64,000 bases of DNA from Clostridium sp. CAG:452. Its GTDB lineage: Bacteria; Bacillota; Clostridia; TANB77; CAG-508. Position numbers and translations under genes: made by a program. Positions 19,942 to 28,526 of this stretch are shown here, piece by piece. Each line of letters starts with the position of its first letter. Position 1 is the first letter of the stretch. The stretch is from assembly GCA_000434035.1 (NCBI GenBank), contig FR893523.1, positions 169,276 to 233,275 on the forward strand. The letters run 5' to 3'. A model generated the notes under the pieces. The model was not told where the DNA came from. It worked only from the letters and a program-made list of their open reading frames with translations, and did no database searches.

Positions 19942-20232
19942 ATGATAATAGTAAGTCAAGATAAAGAAAAGATAGTTAATTTTGATAATATGACACGAGT
20001 TTATATAACCTTTGATGAAGGTGATGATGATGTTTGTATAAGAACTGAAACAGTAGATAGTTTGTATGAAGACTTAGGATATTACAAAACAGAAGAAAGA
20101 GCAAAAGAAGTATTAGCAGAAATAATAAAATCTTATAGAGATTATAGGACAGCAGAATGCGATGGATATACTGATTCTTGTAATAAATTTGTATTACAAG
20201 AAACAGCAGTTTTTGAAATGCCAGAGGACTAA
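19942..20232 (+). CDS. Hypothetical phage protein
   Basis: 96-aa ORF after AGGAGG. Confidence 0.4.
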   Translation: MIIVSQDKEKIVNFDNMTRVYITFDEGDDDVCIRTETVDSLYEDLGYYKTEERAKEVLAEIIKSYRDYRTAECDGYTDSCNKFVLQETAVFEMPED

Positions 20233-20381
20233 CTTATGACATGTGAAGAAGTAATAAAAAAAGGGCTATGTCTAGGTTGTGGTCTAGCAGAACAAAACAT
20301 AAATGCTGATAACTGCAAATATAGAGAACAGTCAGGATTAGATTTGTGTAAAAAAATTTTGGAAGGAGAACAAATGAAAAT

Positions 20382-20777
20382 ATGAAATTTGAAATATTAG
20401 GAAAGCCAACAGGAAAGGGAAGACCAAGGCTAGGAAAATATGGTACATATACACCACAAAAAACAAGAGATTATGAAGATTTAGTGAAGTTAAGCTTTAA
20501 AAACAAATATAAGGTAAAACCAAGCGAAAGAGAAATAAAAATGAAAATAACAGCAGTATTTGAGCCACCTAGAAGATTAAGCAAAAAGAAAAGAGCAGAG
20601 TTAATAGACTGGGAACAAGGCTATATGCATAAGCCAGACATAGATAATATAGCAAAAATAATACTAGACGCATTAAATGGACTAGCTTATAAAGATGATA
20701 ATCAAGTTACTACTTTGTTACTCTTTAAACAATACGGAACAGCAGATAAAGTTGTTGTAGAGCTAGACGAGATTTAA
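20382..20777 (+). CDS. rusA: RusA-family Holliday junction resolvase
   Basis: GKPTGKGRPR...KPDIDNIAKIILDALNGLAYKDDNQV are the hallmark RusA motifs. Confidence 0.8.
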   Translation: MKFEILGKPTGKGRPRLGKYGTYTPQKTRDYEDLVKLSFKNKYKVKPSEREIKMKITAVFEPPRRLSKKKRAELIDWEQGYMHKPDIDNIAKIILDALNGLAYKDDNQVTTLLLFKQYGTADKVVVELDEI

Positions 20778-20795
20778 GAAGCAAAGGAGAAGGCT

Positions 20796-21288
20796 ATGAG
20801 TAGTAATAAAAAAGCAAAAGAAGCATTGATAAAATTATATGGCAAAGAGTGCTTTATAGAAAAACTACATTTAAGACCTGATACGGAAAGAAAATATACT
20901 GGTAAAGCACAATATCACAGAATGAAACAATTAACTTATCATCATATACAAGAGAAATCAAAAGGACGGAAAAGCAACAGTTGAAAATGGAGCATTATTA
21001 TCAGCAGAAAACCACGAATGGTTTAATAGACAAAGTAAAGAAAAACAAAGACAAATGAATGATATGTTTCAAGAACATAAAAGACAGCTAGATTATGGAT
21101 TCAAAATAGCAGTAGCAGAACTAACAGCCAAGGAAATTAAACAAGTAGAATTAATAGAATCAAAAACAGAGGAAGTAATAGAAATACCCGCCTATGAAAC
21201 GACACTAGAAGAACAAAAAGCGTTCGAGGAATATAAGAGGAAAAGAGATCAGAGAGTGTTGAATAAGTTCAAGGGAGAGGAAAGATGA
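20796..21288 (+). pseudogene. Phage HNH endonuclease, interrupted by a +1 frameshift (extra C at 20967)
   Basis: The zero frame reads ...LTYHHIQEKSKGRKSNS*. The +1 frame from 20968 reads GKATVENGALLSAENHEWFN, the second half of the HNH motif. It runs into track ORF 21055-21288. Confidence 0.75.
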
Positions 21289-21482
21289 AAAGAAAAAATG
21301 AAGGTATTTATGCACTATACAAGGGAGATAAGTTCATAACCGAAGGCACTAAAAAAGAGATAGCAAAATGTATAGGTGTGAAAGTAAATACAATATCATA
21401 TTATGCAACAAAAGCGTATGAAAAAAGGATGAAAAAATATAAACATAAAAAAGGGTGCAAGATACTTATAAGAATTGATTAG
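21285..21482 (+). CDS. Hypothetical small phage protein (possible HTH)
   Basis: 65-aa ORF overlapping the previous stop. Confidence 0.35.
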   Translation: MKRKNEGIYALYKGDKFITEGTKKEIAKCIGVKVNTISYYATKAYEKRMKKYKHKKGCKILIRID

Positions 21483-21496
21483 AAAGGAGAAGAAAG

Positions 21497-21892
21497 ATGA
21501 GTGATTATGTAAGAAAAAAATGTGTAAGATTTAAAATACCACAAAATATAATAGAGGAATTGAAAGATGACAGCGATTTGATAGAGGAATTATTAGAAAA
21601 ATTTCAATTGAAAGATGATTATAACGTAAAAAATGATTTTACAATTGGTTATGGAGAAGATTTTGATAATGATAAAACAGATTATTTCTTAGATTATCAA
21701 TTAGATTATGAATATGGAGCAAGTGGGGATTTTGAAAATGTAAGACTATTAACAGATACAGAATTTGAAAAGTATTCAAGAATGTTTGCAAAATATTTTA
21801 ACGAAATAGATAGAGATGAATTAAGATTAGTACATTACTGTTATTACAATGGCTGTGATGAACCAAGTGTCTATAAATTAGAAGAAATTTAG
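21497..21892 (+). CDS. Highly acidic hypothetical phage protein
   Basis: 131 aa, very D/E-rich (DDSDLIEELLE, DFDNDKTDYFLDYQLDYEYG). The RBS is AAAGGAG. Confidence 0.4.
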   Translation: MSDYVRKKCVRFKIPQNIIEELKDDSDLIEELLEKFQLKDDYNVKNDFTIGYGEDFDNDKTDYFLDYQLDYEYGASGDFENVRLLTDTEFEKYSRMFAKYFNEIDRDELRLVHYCYYNGCDEPSVYKLEEI

Positions 21893-21905
21893 GAGGAGAA
21901 TAGAT

Positions 21906-22118
21906 ATGCTAAAAGCTGATAGTAAAATGTTTCATGATTTATGTGAAGAAGGAATAAAAGATGATAAAAAAGATGTATTTGTAGATGCGTTTACTGAATT
22001 TATAGCAGAATTAGATGATATAGATTTAAGTAATAAAACAAAGCAACATTTATACGATATTTTTATAAAAGATATGAACATTTATTTTAAAAATAAAAAG
22101 TATGAAGTAAAGGAGTAA
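21906..22118 (+). CDS. Hypothetical phage protein
   Basis: 70-aa ORF after AGGAGG. Confidence 0.35.
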   Translation: MLKADSKMFHDLCEEGIKDDKKDVFVDAFTEFIAELDDIDLSNKTKQHLYDIFIKDMNIYFKNKKYEVKE

Positions 22119-22125
22119 ATAAGAT

Positions 22126-22317
22126 ATGTCATTTAGTGCAACAAAATTTATAGAAAAACAAATTACTAACACAAGAGGATTATGCAAAAGTTGTAAATTT
22201 TATAAAACAGCAAAAATAGTAGATGAAGTAGAAATTTGTACATTAAGTGACAAATTTTTAATTCCAGAATATGAGCCTAATTATACTTGTAGAAATTTTG
22301 AGAGGAGTGATACATAG
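22126..22317 (+). CDS. Hypothetical Cys-containing phage protein
   Basis: 63-aa ORF after AAGGAG. Confidence 0.35.
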   Translation: MSFSATKFIEKQITNTRGLCKSCKFYKTAKIVDEVEICTLSDKFLIPEYEPNYTCRNFERSDT

Positions 22318-22484
22318 TGAAAACAGCAGATGAGTTTAATATAGATTTTTGGAATGAAGAAACAGAAAGAGATTTTTATAAATTTAGAGATGTTTTAGTT
22401 GATAATTCAAATATGGATACATTTCAAGCAACTCATTTTTTAGAAAATATATATAATTCTGTTTCAAGAGAATATGGAGACTAG
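22317..22484 (+). CDS. Hypothetical small phage protein (55 aa)
   Basis: GTG start overlaps the previous TAG and follows GAGGAG. I read it manually. Confidence 0.3.
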   Translation: MKTADEFNIDFWNEETERDFYKFRDVLVDNSNMDTFQATHFLENIYNSVSREYGD

Positions 22485-22496
22485 GAGGTGTTTTAA

Positions 22497-22721
22497 GTGA
22501 AAGAAAGAGAAGAGATATTAAATAAAATGAAAAACAAATATAAATTAGCATTATTTATGGTTATAAGAAACTTTATGGTAATGCCACAAGGTATTAAATT
22601 AGGTAAAACAGATAAAGAAATCAATGAAATGTCTTACGAAACAATGTGTTCAGTATTAACTATGATTGATTATGACCGAGCAGAGAAATCTTATAAGGAG
22701 GGAAAAAGTGAAAGAAAATAG
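22497..22721 (+). CDS. Hypothetical phage protein
   Basis: GTG start after AGGAGG. 74 aa. Confidence 0.35.
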   Translation: MKEREEILNKMKNKYKLALFMVIRNFMVMPQGIKLGKTDKEINEMSYETMCSVLTMIDYDRAEKSYKEGKSERK

Positions 22722-23190
22722 TATAGAAGAAGATATAAATAGATGCAATAAATTAACAGCAAACTGGATAGGGTTAAGTAATCAATTAGCACTAAAACGT
22801 GTCTTATCAGATTATAAAAGAGTGTTAAAAGAGAATGAAGAATTAAAAGAAGAAAGAGAAATAGTAGGAATACCAGTAAGAAATAAAAGAGATGGGAAAA
22901 TAGGAATAGTATTACATCAATGGAAAAATGGAAGTGTTGCAGTATTGGAAAGTATAAATCCACGAGTAATAAATACTCACGATAGTTGGAATACATTAGA
23001 AATAGTAACAGATGAAGTAAAACAAACTCAAACAAAATGTGAAACTATTCCAGTTTCTTTAGTAAAAGACAAGATAGAAGAATTAAAAAAGAAAGTAGAA
23101 GAGCTGACAGATGATAAAGGCTATTGGGGGGGCAGTGATTTATTAGATCAGATAGAAGTTTTACAAGAACTATTAGAAAAGGAGCAATAA
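22708..23190 (+). CDS. Hypothetical phage protein
   Basis: The probable GTG start at 22708 follows AAGGAGGG. The track start at 22666 has no RBS. Confidence 0.4.
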   Translation: MKENSIEEDINRCNKLTANWIGLSNQLALKRVLSDYKRVLKENEELKEEREIVGIPVRNKRDGKIGIVLHQWKNGSVAVLESINPRVINTHDSWNTLEIVTDEVKQTQTKCETIPVSLVKDKIEELKKKVEELTDDKGYWGGSDLLDQIEVLQELLEKEQ

Positions 23191-23191
23191 T

Positions 23192-23326
23192 ATGAGTAAG
23201 ATTGTAGAAGTTATAGAAAGACTAAATATTGAAGCTATAACACAACAAAGAGATTATTATAAAGCACGATACAATGAATTTAATGAAGCATTTATTAAAA
23301 TGAAACAGAAGAGTATATATAAATAA
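23192..23326 (+). CDS. Hypothetical small phage protein (44 aa)
   Basis: ATG after AAGGAG. I read it manually. Confidence 0.3.
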   Translation: MSKIVEVIERLNIEAITQQRDYYKARYNEFNEAFIKMKQKSIYK

Positions 23327-23350
23327 TAATACGTAACAAAGGAGGAAGGG

Positions 23351-23767
23351 ATGGAAGAAACTAAAAAAGAGTTAAGTGCTTATTTATACAATAAGGAACT
23401 GTTAAAAGAAAAAGAACAGGATTTGGAAGAGTTAATAACAAAAGCAGAAAAAATAACAACAGAATTAAGTGACATGCCAAAAGGAACTCCGATAATCCAG
23501 GATAAGATAGGCGAGTATGCCACAAAAATAGTTGAATTAAAGAATAGTAAATATAGACAATTAATAGATATGTATAAGTCTAAAGAAGAGATAGAAAACA
23601 AAATAGATATGTTAGAACAACCATATAAGAACATATTATATTTTAAATACATAAAAGGCAAGAACCTTACAGAAGTTGCAAATATAATTAACAAAGAATA
23701 TAAGTGGACATGTAAACTATATGGAGAAGCATTAAAAAAATATAAAGAACACGACAAAAAAGGTTGA
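23351..23767 (+). CDS. Phage late-gene regulator, sigma-70 region-4-like (ArpU/DUF1492-type)
   Basis: The C-terminal YFKYIKGKNLTEVANIINKEYKWTCKLYGEALKKY resembles a sigma region 4 HTH. It is the last gene before the packaging module. Confidence 0.5.
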   Translation: MEETKKELSAYLYNKELLKEKEQDLEELITKAEKITTELSDMPKGTPIIQDKIGEYATKIVELKNSKYRQLIDMYKSKEEIENKIDMLEQPYKNILYFKYIKGKNLTEVANIINKEYKWTCKLYGEALKKYKEHDKKG

Positions 23768-23973
23768 AACACGACTAAGAAATATGTTTTAATAATACTA
23801 GGTAAAAAAACATAAAAGTTTTGCGGAGACGAATTGGAAACAGTTTGTCTCTATTTTTGTATGTAATTAACGATACTAGATAAGTTAATATAAAGTTCTA
23901 TTGATAGAACCTCCTTTCTAAATAAATATATTATATAAGTTTTGAAGCAATTCTAGTTAAGCTTAAAAAAGTA

Positions 23974-24002
23974 TTGACAAAGTAGACATAATATACTATA
24001 AT
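23974..24002 (+). promoter_or_regulatory. Perfect consensus sigma-A promoter of a moron
   Basis: TTGACA (23974-23979), a 17-nt spacer, then TATAAT (23997-24002). Confidence 0.6.
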
Positions 24003-24051
24003 AATTAGGCAACCTGGAAACAGGTAAGTAATTTAATAGGAGTGTTGATTT

Positions 24052-24291
24052 ATGTCCAACAACAACAGCACATTAGCATCTGACCACGGCACAAACGGCG
24101 GTACAAAACGTAGCGATTCTGATGGTTACTCTTGGAGCAACTACTCAGGCTCAAAAGAAAGCCACGATGTCGAGGCCAACCAGATGAACTCAAAAGACTA
24201 CGAAGGAAAGTATGGTGAACATACTTTTTACAGTCCGAAGAGTGGAGTACAGGGCGTTGCAGGACCTAACGCAGATCGTAAAAACAAATAA
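24052..24291 (+). CDS. Small hydrophilic G/S/N-rich protein of unknown function (moron)
   Basis: 79-aa ORF, 9 nt after AGGAG, with its own promoter and terminator. Its codon usage differs from the neighbouring genes (AAC, GAC, CAC, TAC, AGC, GGC, CGT preferred). It has no signal peptide or TM segment. Confidence 0.55.
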   Translation: MSNNNSTLASDHGTNGGTKRSDSDGYSWSNYSGSKESHDVEANQMNSKDYEGKYGEHTFYSPKSGVQGVAGPNADRKNK

Positions 24292-24302
24292 CCTATACAA
24301 AG

Positions 24303-24330
24303 AGAGCAGTCAAATGGCTGCTCTTTTTGT
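24303..24330 (+). terminator. Rho-independent terminator of the moron
   Basis: AGAGCAG-TCAAATGG-CTGCTCT followed by TTTTTGT. Confidence 0.6.
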
Positions 24331-24403
24331 ATGGAAAAAAAAGAATATTCTTTTGCGGAGTTGTGTTTTTAGAAGCATAACTCCTATTTTCTAAATAAAA
24401 TAG

Positions 24404-24523
24404 TATGTAGTGATATAGTAACTCAGAAGCAGAGCACTGGCGTGAAACCTGGTACGGACAGAGGCAATATTCAAGCTATATGTCGAATGTCGTAGGTGCA
24501 AGTCCTACCTATATCATTACATA
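24404..24523 (+). ncRNA. Candidate structured RNA (unclassified)
   Basis: A 14-bp closing helix TATGTAGTGATATA / TATATCATTACATA (one G-U pair) encloses about 92 nt of unusually GC-rich sequence. The segment ends in a T-arm-like hairpin GTAGG-TGCAAGT-CCTAC. No ORF is present. Confidence 0.25.
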
Positions 24524-24547
24524 GTGTTTTATTAAAAAACAAAAGAG

Positions 24548-24766
24548 GTGGCTATTATGATAAATAGTTTTCAAAAATATATGTGTAGCACATGTAAAAG
24601 TAAAGTATGCGATAAAGGAATAGCACTAGTAAAACTAAACAATATGATAATATCAAAATGTACGGACTATAAAAAAGACGAAAATAAAGTAAAAGGGTAT
24701 GAAAAGCCAGGAACAAGAACAGCAAAACAAAAGAAAGCACTAATGGGCTTTACACAAGAATATTAA
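24548..24766 (+). CDS. Hypothetical Cys-rich phage protein
   Basis: 72-aa ORF after AGAGGTG. Confidence 0.4.
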   Translation: MAIMINSFQKYMCSTCKSKVCDKGIALVKLNNMIISKCTDYKKDENKVKGYEKPGTRTAKQKKALMGFTQEY

Positions 24767-24868
24767 GATGAATATTGATAAATGTATGAGAAAGTTCTGC
24801 CATGGGTGCAGAAATTATGAGAAATGCTTTCCTAGTAAGAAGAAAAAGAGAAAAAAAGGAGAGAAATA

Positions 24869-25228
24869 ATGAAATTCAAAATAAACAATACTGAATGGAC
24901 AATAGAAGAAGTAGATGAAGCCACAATAAATAATGAGATGAAGAGTGATGGTACTTTAGGAGTAACAATATATAGAACTCAAAAAATAATGTTACTAAAA
25001 GAACAAGCAAATATAATTAAGACATTAAAACATGAATTAACACATGTGTGGATGTATGAATATGGTCATAATCAAAACGACGACAAAACATTCAGCTATG
25101 AAGATGTATGCGAAATAGTAGCGAGTAGCAATGATTTTATAAATGAAATAGTTCAAGCATATTTAAAACAGAATATTGAACATGATTATATAGATGCATT
25201 AAGGTATACTATGGAGAAAAAGTTATGA
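24869..25228 (+). CDS. Putative zincin-like metallopeptidase (HExxH)
   Basis: LKHELTHVWMYEYGH motif. 119 aa. Confidence 0.4.
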   Translation: MKFKINNTEWTIEEVDEATINNEMKSDGTLGVTIYRTQKIMLLKEQANIIKTLKHELTHVWMYEYGHNQNDDKTFSYEDVCEIVASSNDFINEIVQAYLKQNIEHDYIDALRYTMEKKL

Positions 25229-25485
25229 ACATAAATCAAAACATTAATAAATTATTATATGCTTTATCTACAAAAGGAAAAATATATAAAATAAACAGTT
25301 TTCAATTTTATAGTGAAAAAAATTGTAAGTACTGCACTAAATATCAAATATTAAAAAAAGAACAAGTAGAAGTATATAATGGAGAAACAGATGAATTTGA
25401 ATTACAAGATAGATATGAACAAAAAGAAGAATGCTATAGTAAGGTTGATGTTATGAAATATCTAATGGAGGAATATAGGATGTGA
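25225..25485 (+). CDS. Hypothetical phage protein
   Basis: 86-aa ORF overlapping the previous stop. Confidence 0.35.
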   Translation: MNINQNINKLLYALSTKGKIYKINSFQFYSEKNCKYCTKYQILKKEQVEVYNGETDEFELQDRYEQKEECYSKVDVMKYLMEEYRM

Positions 25486-25489
25486 TTTT

Positions 25490-27124
25490 ATGGCGAAGAG
25501 ATTAAATGATGAAGAAAAAAAACAAATAATTGCATGTTATATAGAATGCCAAAATTTAAGAGAGACAGCAAGAAGGTTTCATGTTTCTCCTGATACAGTT
25601 AAAAGGTTGACAAAAGAAAATAAAGATATCGAGCAAAATCTTGCACAAAAAAAAGAAGAAAATACAAAGAATGTTTTAAATGAATTAGATAAAACAAAGA
25701 ATAAAAGAATAAAATTGCTAAATAAGATGATAGACAAGATGGAAGAAAAAGTTGACAATATTGATATGTTTACTAATGTAAAAGATTTAGCGACTGCTTA
25801 TGGAATTATAGTAGACAAAGATATGAAATTTCTTGAATTAACAAAAGAGAAACAAGAAAAGGAAAAACAAATAATAAGAATACCAGCAAGTGATATGTCA
25901 AGTGCATTTATAGACCTAAACAGAGATATTGATAACAGAGGACATTTAGAATATTGGTTAGATGGTGGAAGGGCTTCATTGAAGTCCTCTTTTTGTGGAG
26001 AAAAAATACCAGAGTTATTAGAAAATAACCCTAATATGTGTGCATTATGTATAAGAAGAGTAAGCAATACTTTAAAAGATTCAGTTTATGCACAAATACA
26101 GTGGGGAATTGACAAATTAAGTGAAACATATCCTGGATTAATAGATGATTATAGCTTTAAAACTTCTCCGATGGAAATAACCAAGAGAAGTACAGGACAA
26201 AAAATATATTTTAGAGGAACAGATGATCCAGACAAAATAAAATCAATAAAGCCACCTAAAGGAATGTATATAGGAATAATATGGTATGAAGAATTTGACC
26301 AAATACAAGGAATGAATGCAGTGAGAAAAATAAATCAATCCGTAATAAGAGGTGGAAATGATTTTATTGAGTTTTATACATTCAATACTCCAGCAAGTAG
26401 GCAACATTTTGTTAATAAAGAAAAAAGAATACCAAAATCAAATAGATTATCACACCATAGTGATTATAGAACATCTCCAAGGGAGTGGATAGGACAAGCT
26501 TTTATAGACGAAGCAGAATACACTAAAGAAACAGCGCCGATAATATATGAAAATGAATATTTGGGATTAGAAACTGGCGATGGAGGTAGTGTATTTGAAA
26601 ATCTTGAATTAAGGGAGATAACAGATGAAGAAATTTCTCACTTCGATAGATTATATAAAGGTATTGACTGGGGTTGGTTTCCTGATCCATTTGCATACAA
26701 CAATATGCATTTCGATATGGCAAGAAGAACATTATACATATTTGATGAATTAAGATGTAATAAAACATCAAATCAAGATACATGGAAAAAGCTACAAAAA
26801 AAAGGAGTAACAAATAGTGATTTAATAACTGCAGACAGTGCAGAAAATAAATCAATAGGAGACTACAAGTCTTATGGAGCATTTATAAGAGGAGCAGAGA
26901 AAAGACCAGGAAGTGTTGAATACAGTATGAAATGGTTAGCAGGTTTAATAAAGATAGTAATAGACCCTAAAAGATGTCCTAATACTGCAATAGAGTTTAG
27001 CGAGTATGAATTAGAAAAAGATAAAGACGGAAATATTATTACAGGCTATCCAGATAAGAACAACCATCATATTGACGCTGTACGATATGCGACAGAAACA
27101 ATATGGAAAAAGAGAGGACAATAA
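25490..27124 (+). CDS. terL: Terminase large subunit with an N-terminal HTH extension
   Basis: The ATPase and nuclease regions are typical of PBSX-type TerL (LDGGRASLKSS..., IWYEEFDQ, ...HHIDAVRYA). The N-terminal ~120 aa carry an HTH (LRETARRFHVSPDTVKRL). Confidence 0.85.
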   Translation: MAKRLNDEEKKQIIACYIECQNLRETARRFHVSPDTVKRLTKENKDIEQNLAQKKEENTKNVLNELDKTKNKRIKLLNKMIDKMEEKVDNIDMFTNVKDLATAYGIIVDKDMKFLELTKEKQEKEKQIIRIPASDMSSAFIDLNRDIDNRGHLEYWLDGGRASLKSSFCGEKIPELLENNPNMCALCIRRVSNTLKDSVYAQIQWGIDKLSETYPGLIDDYSFKTSPMEITKRSTGQKIYFRGTDDPDKIKSIKPPKGMYIGIIWYEEFDQIQGMNAVRKINQSVIRGGNDFIEFYTFNTPASRQHFVNKEKRIPKSNRLSHHSDYRTSPREWIGQAFIDEAEYTKETAPIIYENEYLGLETGDGGSVFENLELREITDEEISHFDRLYKGIDWGWFPDPFAYNNMHFDMARRTLYIFDELRCNKTSNQDTWKKLQKKGVTNSDLITADSAENKSIGDYKSYGAFIRGAEKRPGSVEYSMKWLAGLIKIVIDPKRCPNTAIEFSEYELEKDKDGNIITGYPDKNNHHIDAVRYATETIWKKRGQ

Positions 27125-27125
27125 A

Positions 27126-28523
27126 ATGTTTGAAAGATTAGTAAATTTTATAAAAGGAGCAATAAATAAGATGTTTAATACAACTGATATAGCAAAAGAT
27201 TTTAATATAGATATATCAACAAGCAATGAAATACTGTCAGCCATTGAAAAATGGTCCAATATTTATAATAGTAAAGCACCATGGTTAAATGAAGAAGTAA
27301 GATCATTGCATGTTGCGAAAACAATATGTGAAAAGGTTGCAAAAGCTGTAACAATAGAATTTAAGTCACAGGTAGAAGATAAAGAAATAGATAAAGTATA
27401 TCAAAGATTTATAAAAAATATAAGAACAAATACAGAATATGCTCTAGGAAAAGGTGGAATGTTTTTCAAACCATTCTATGCTAATGGGAAAATAAAGATT
27501 AGTTGTATTCAAGCTGATAAATTTATACCTACAAAATTTGATAGCACTGGCGAATTGCTAGGTGCTATTTTTATTGATCAAATTACAAGAGGAAATGAAA
27601 TATATACAAGACTTGAATATCAAGAATTGAATGACACAATATTAATAATTAAAAATAAGGCATATAAAACTACGCTACACAATGCAAACATATTAGGGAA
27701 CCAAATTCTACTTTCACAAGTGCAAGAATGGGCAAACATTCAAGAAGAGATACAAATAAATGATGTTAATAGATTATTAGGTGGTTATTTCAAAATACCT
27801 ATTGCAAATCCAGTTGACAATACAAGCCCTGTAGGTGTTGCAATATTTGCAAATGCTATTGATACATTAGAAGAAATAGACAAACAATTCAGCAGAACAT
27901 TATGGGAATATGAAGGCTCTGAACTTGCCGTTGATATAGATGCAACGGCATTTACAAAAGACAAAAACGGAAATGATATATTACCAAAAGGCAAAGAAAG
28001 ACTATATAGAAAGTTAGACTTTGGAGACGAAAGTAAGTGGAACGTATTTAGTCCTCAAATAAGAGATACAGCATTGTTTAATGGATTAAATGAGTGGTTA
28101 AGACAATGTGAGAGTCAATGTGGGTTAGCATTTGGAACTATATCTAAAATAGAAAATATTGAAAAGACAGCAACAGAAATAAAATCAAGTAAACAAGATT
28201 ATTATGTAACAGTTTCAGATATACAAGGAGCATTACAAACAGCATTAGAAGATTTGATTTATAGTATAGATATTTTAATGAGTTTGTACGGTATCAAGCA
28301 TAAAGTTGGAGCACTTGCAAGTTTTGACTGGGACGATAGCATTCTAATAGATAGTGAAAAGAAACAATCACAAAGTTTAATAGAAAGGAATGCAGGCTTA
28401 ATAGATGATATTGAATACTTTGTACAAACAAGAGATTATTCAGAAGAAGAAGCAACAGAATACGTAAATAAAATACGAGAACGAAGTAAAGAACAAATAC
28501 CTAACGATGTGCAAGAGGAATAG
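27126..28523 (+). CDS. Portal protein
   Basis: 465-aa ORF directly after terL. ATG at 27126; the track start at 27072 overlaps terL. Assignment rests on size and position. Confidence 0.75.
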   Translation: MFERLVNFIKGAINKMFNTTDIAKDFNIDISTSNEILSAIEKWSNIYNSKAPWLNEEVRSLHVAKTICEKVAKAVTIEFKSQVEDKEIDKVYQRFIKNIRTNTEYALGKGGMFFKPFYANGKIKISCIQADKFIPTKFDSTGELLGAIFIDQITRGNEIYTRLEYQELNDTILIIKNKAYKTTLHNANILGNQILLSQVQEWANIQEEIQINDVNRLLGGYFKIPIANPVDNTSPVGVAIFANAIDTLEEIDKQFSRTLWEYEGSELAVDIDATAFTKDKNGNDILPKGKERLYRKLDFGDESKWNVFSPQIRDTALFNGLNEWLRQCESQCGLAFGTISKIENIEKTATEIKSSKQDYYVTVSDIQGALQTALEDLIYSIDILMSLYGIKHKVGALASFDWDDSILIDSEKKQSQSLIERNAGLIDDIEYFVQTRDYSEEEATEYVNKIRERSKEQIPNDVQEE

Positions 28524-28526
28524 TTT

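Noticed and set aside
22497-23190. Overlapping ORFs 22497-22721 and 22666-23190, considered as another frameshifted gene
   Set aside because: The second ORF has its own GTG start at 22708 behind AAGGAGGG, and no conserved domain is split. This is ordinary overlapping phage gene organisation, and there is no CGG at the junction.
24212-24394. 60-aa plus-strand ORF overlapping the end of the moron gene
   Set aside because: It is out of frame with the better-supported 24052-24291 ORF, spans that gene's terminator hairpin and lacks an RBS.
24404-24523. Possible tRNA or tmRNA-like gene, suggested by the T-arm-like hairpin and acceptor-like stem
   Set aside because: I could not form a D-arm or an anticodon arm, the segment is about 120 nt long and there is no CCA. 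I kept it only as an unclassified structured-RNA candidate.
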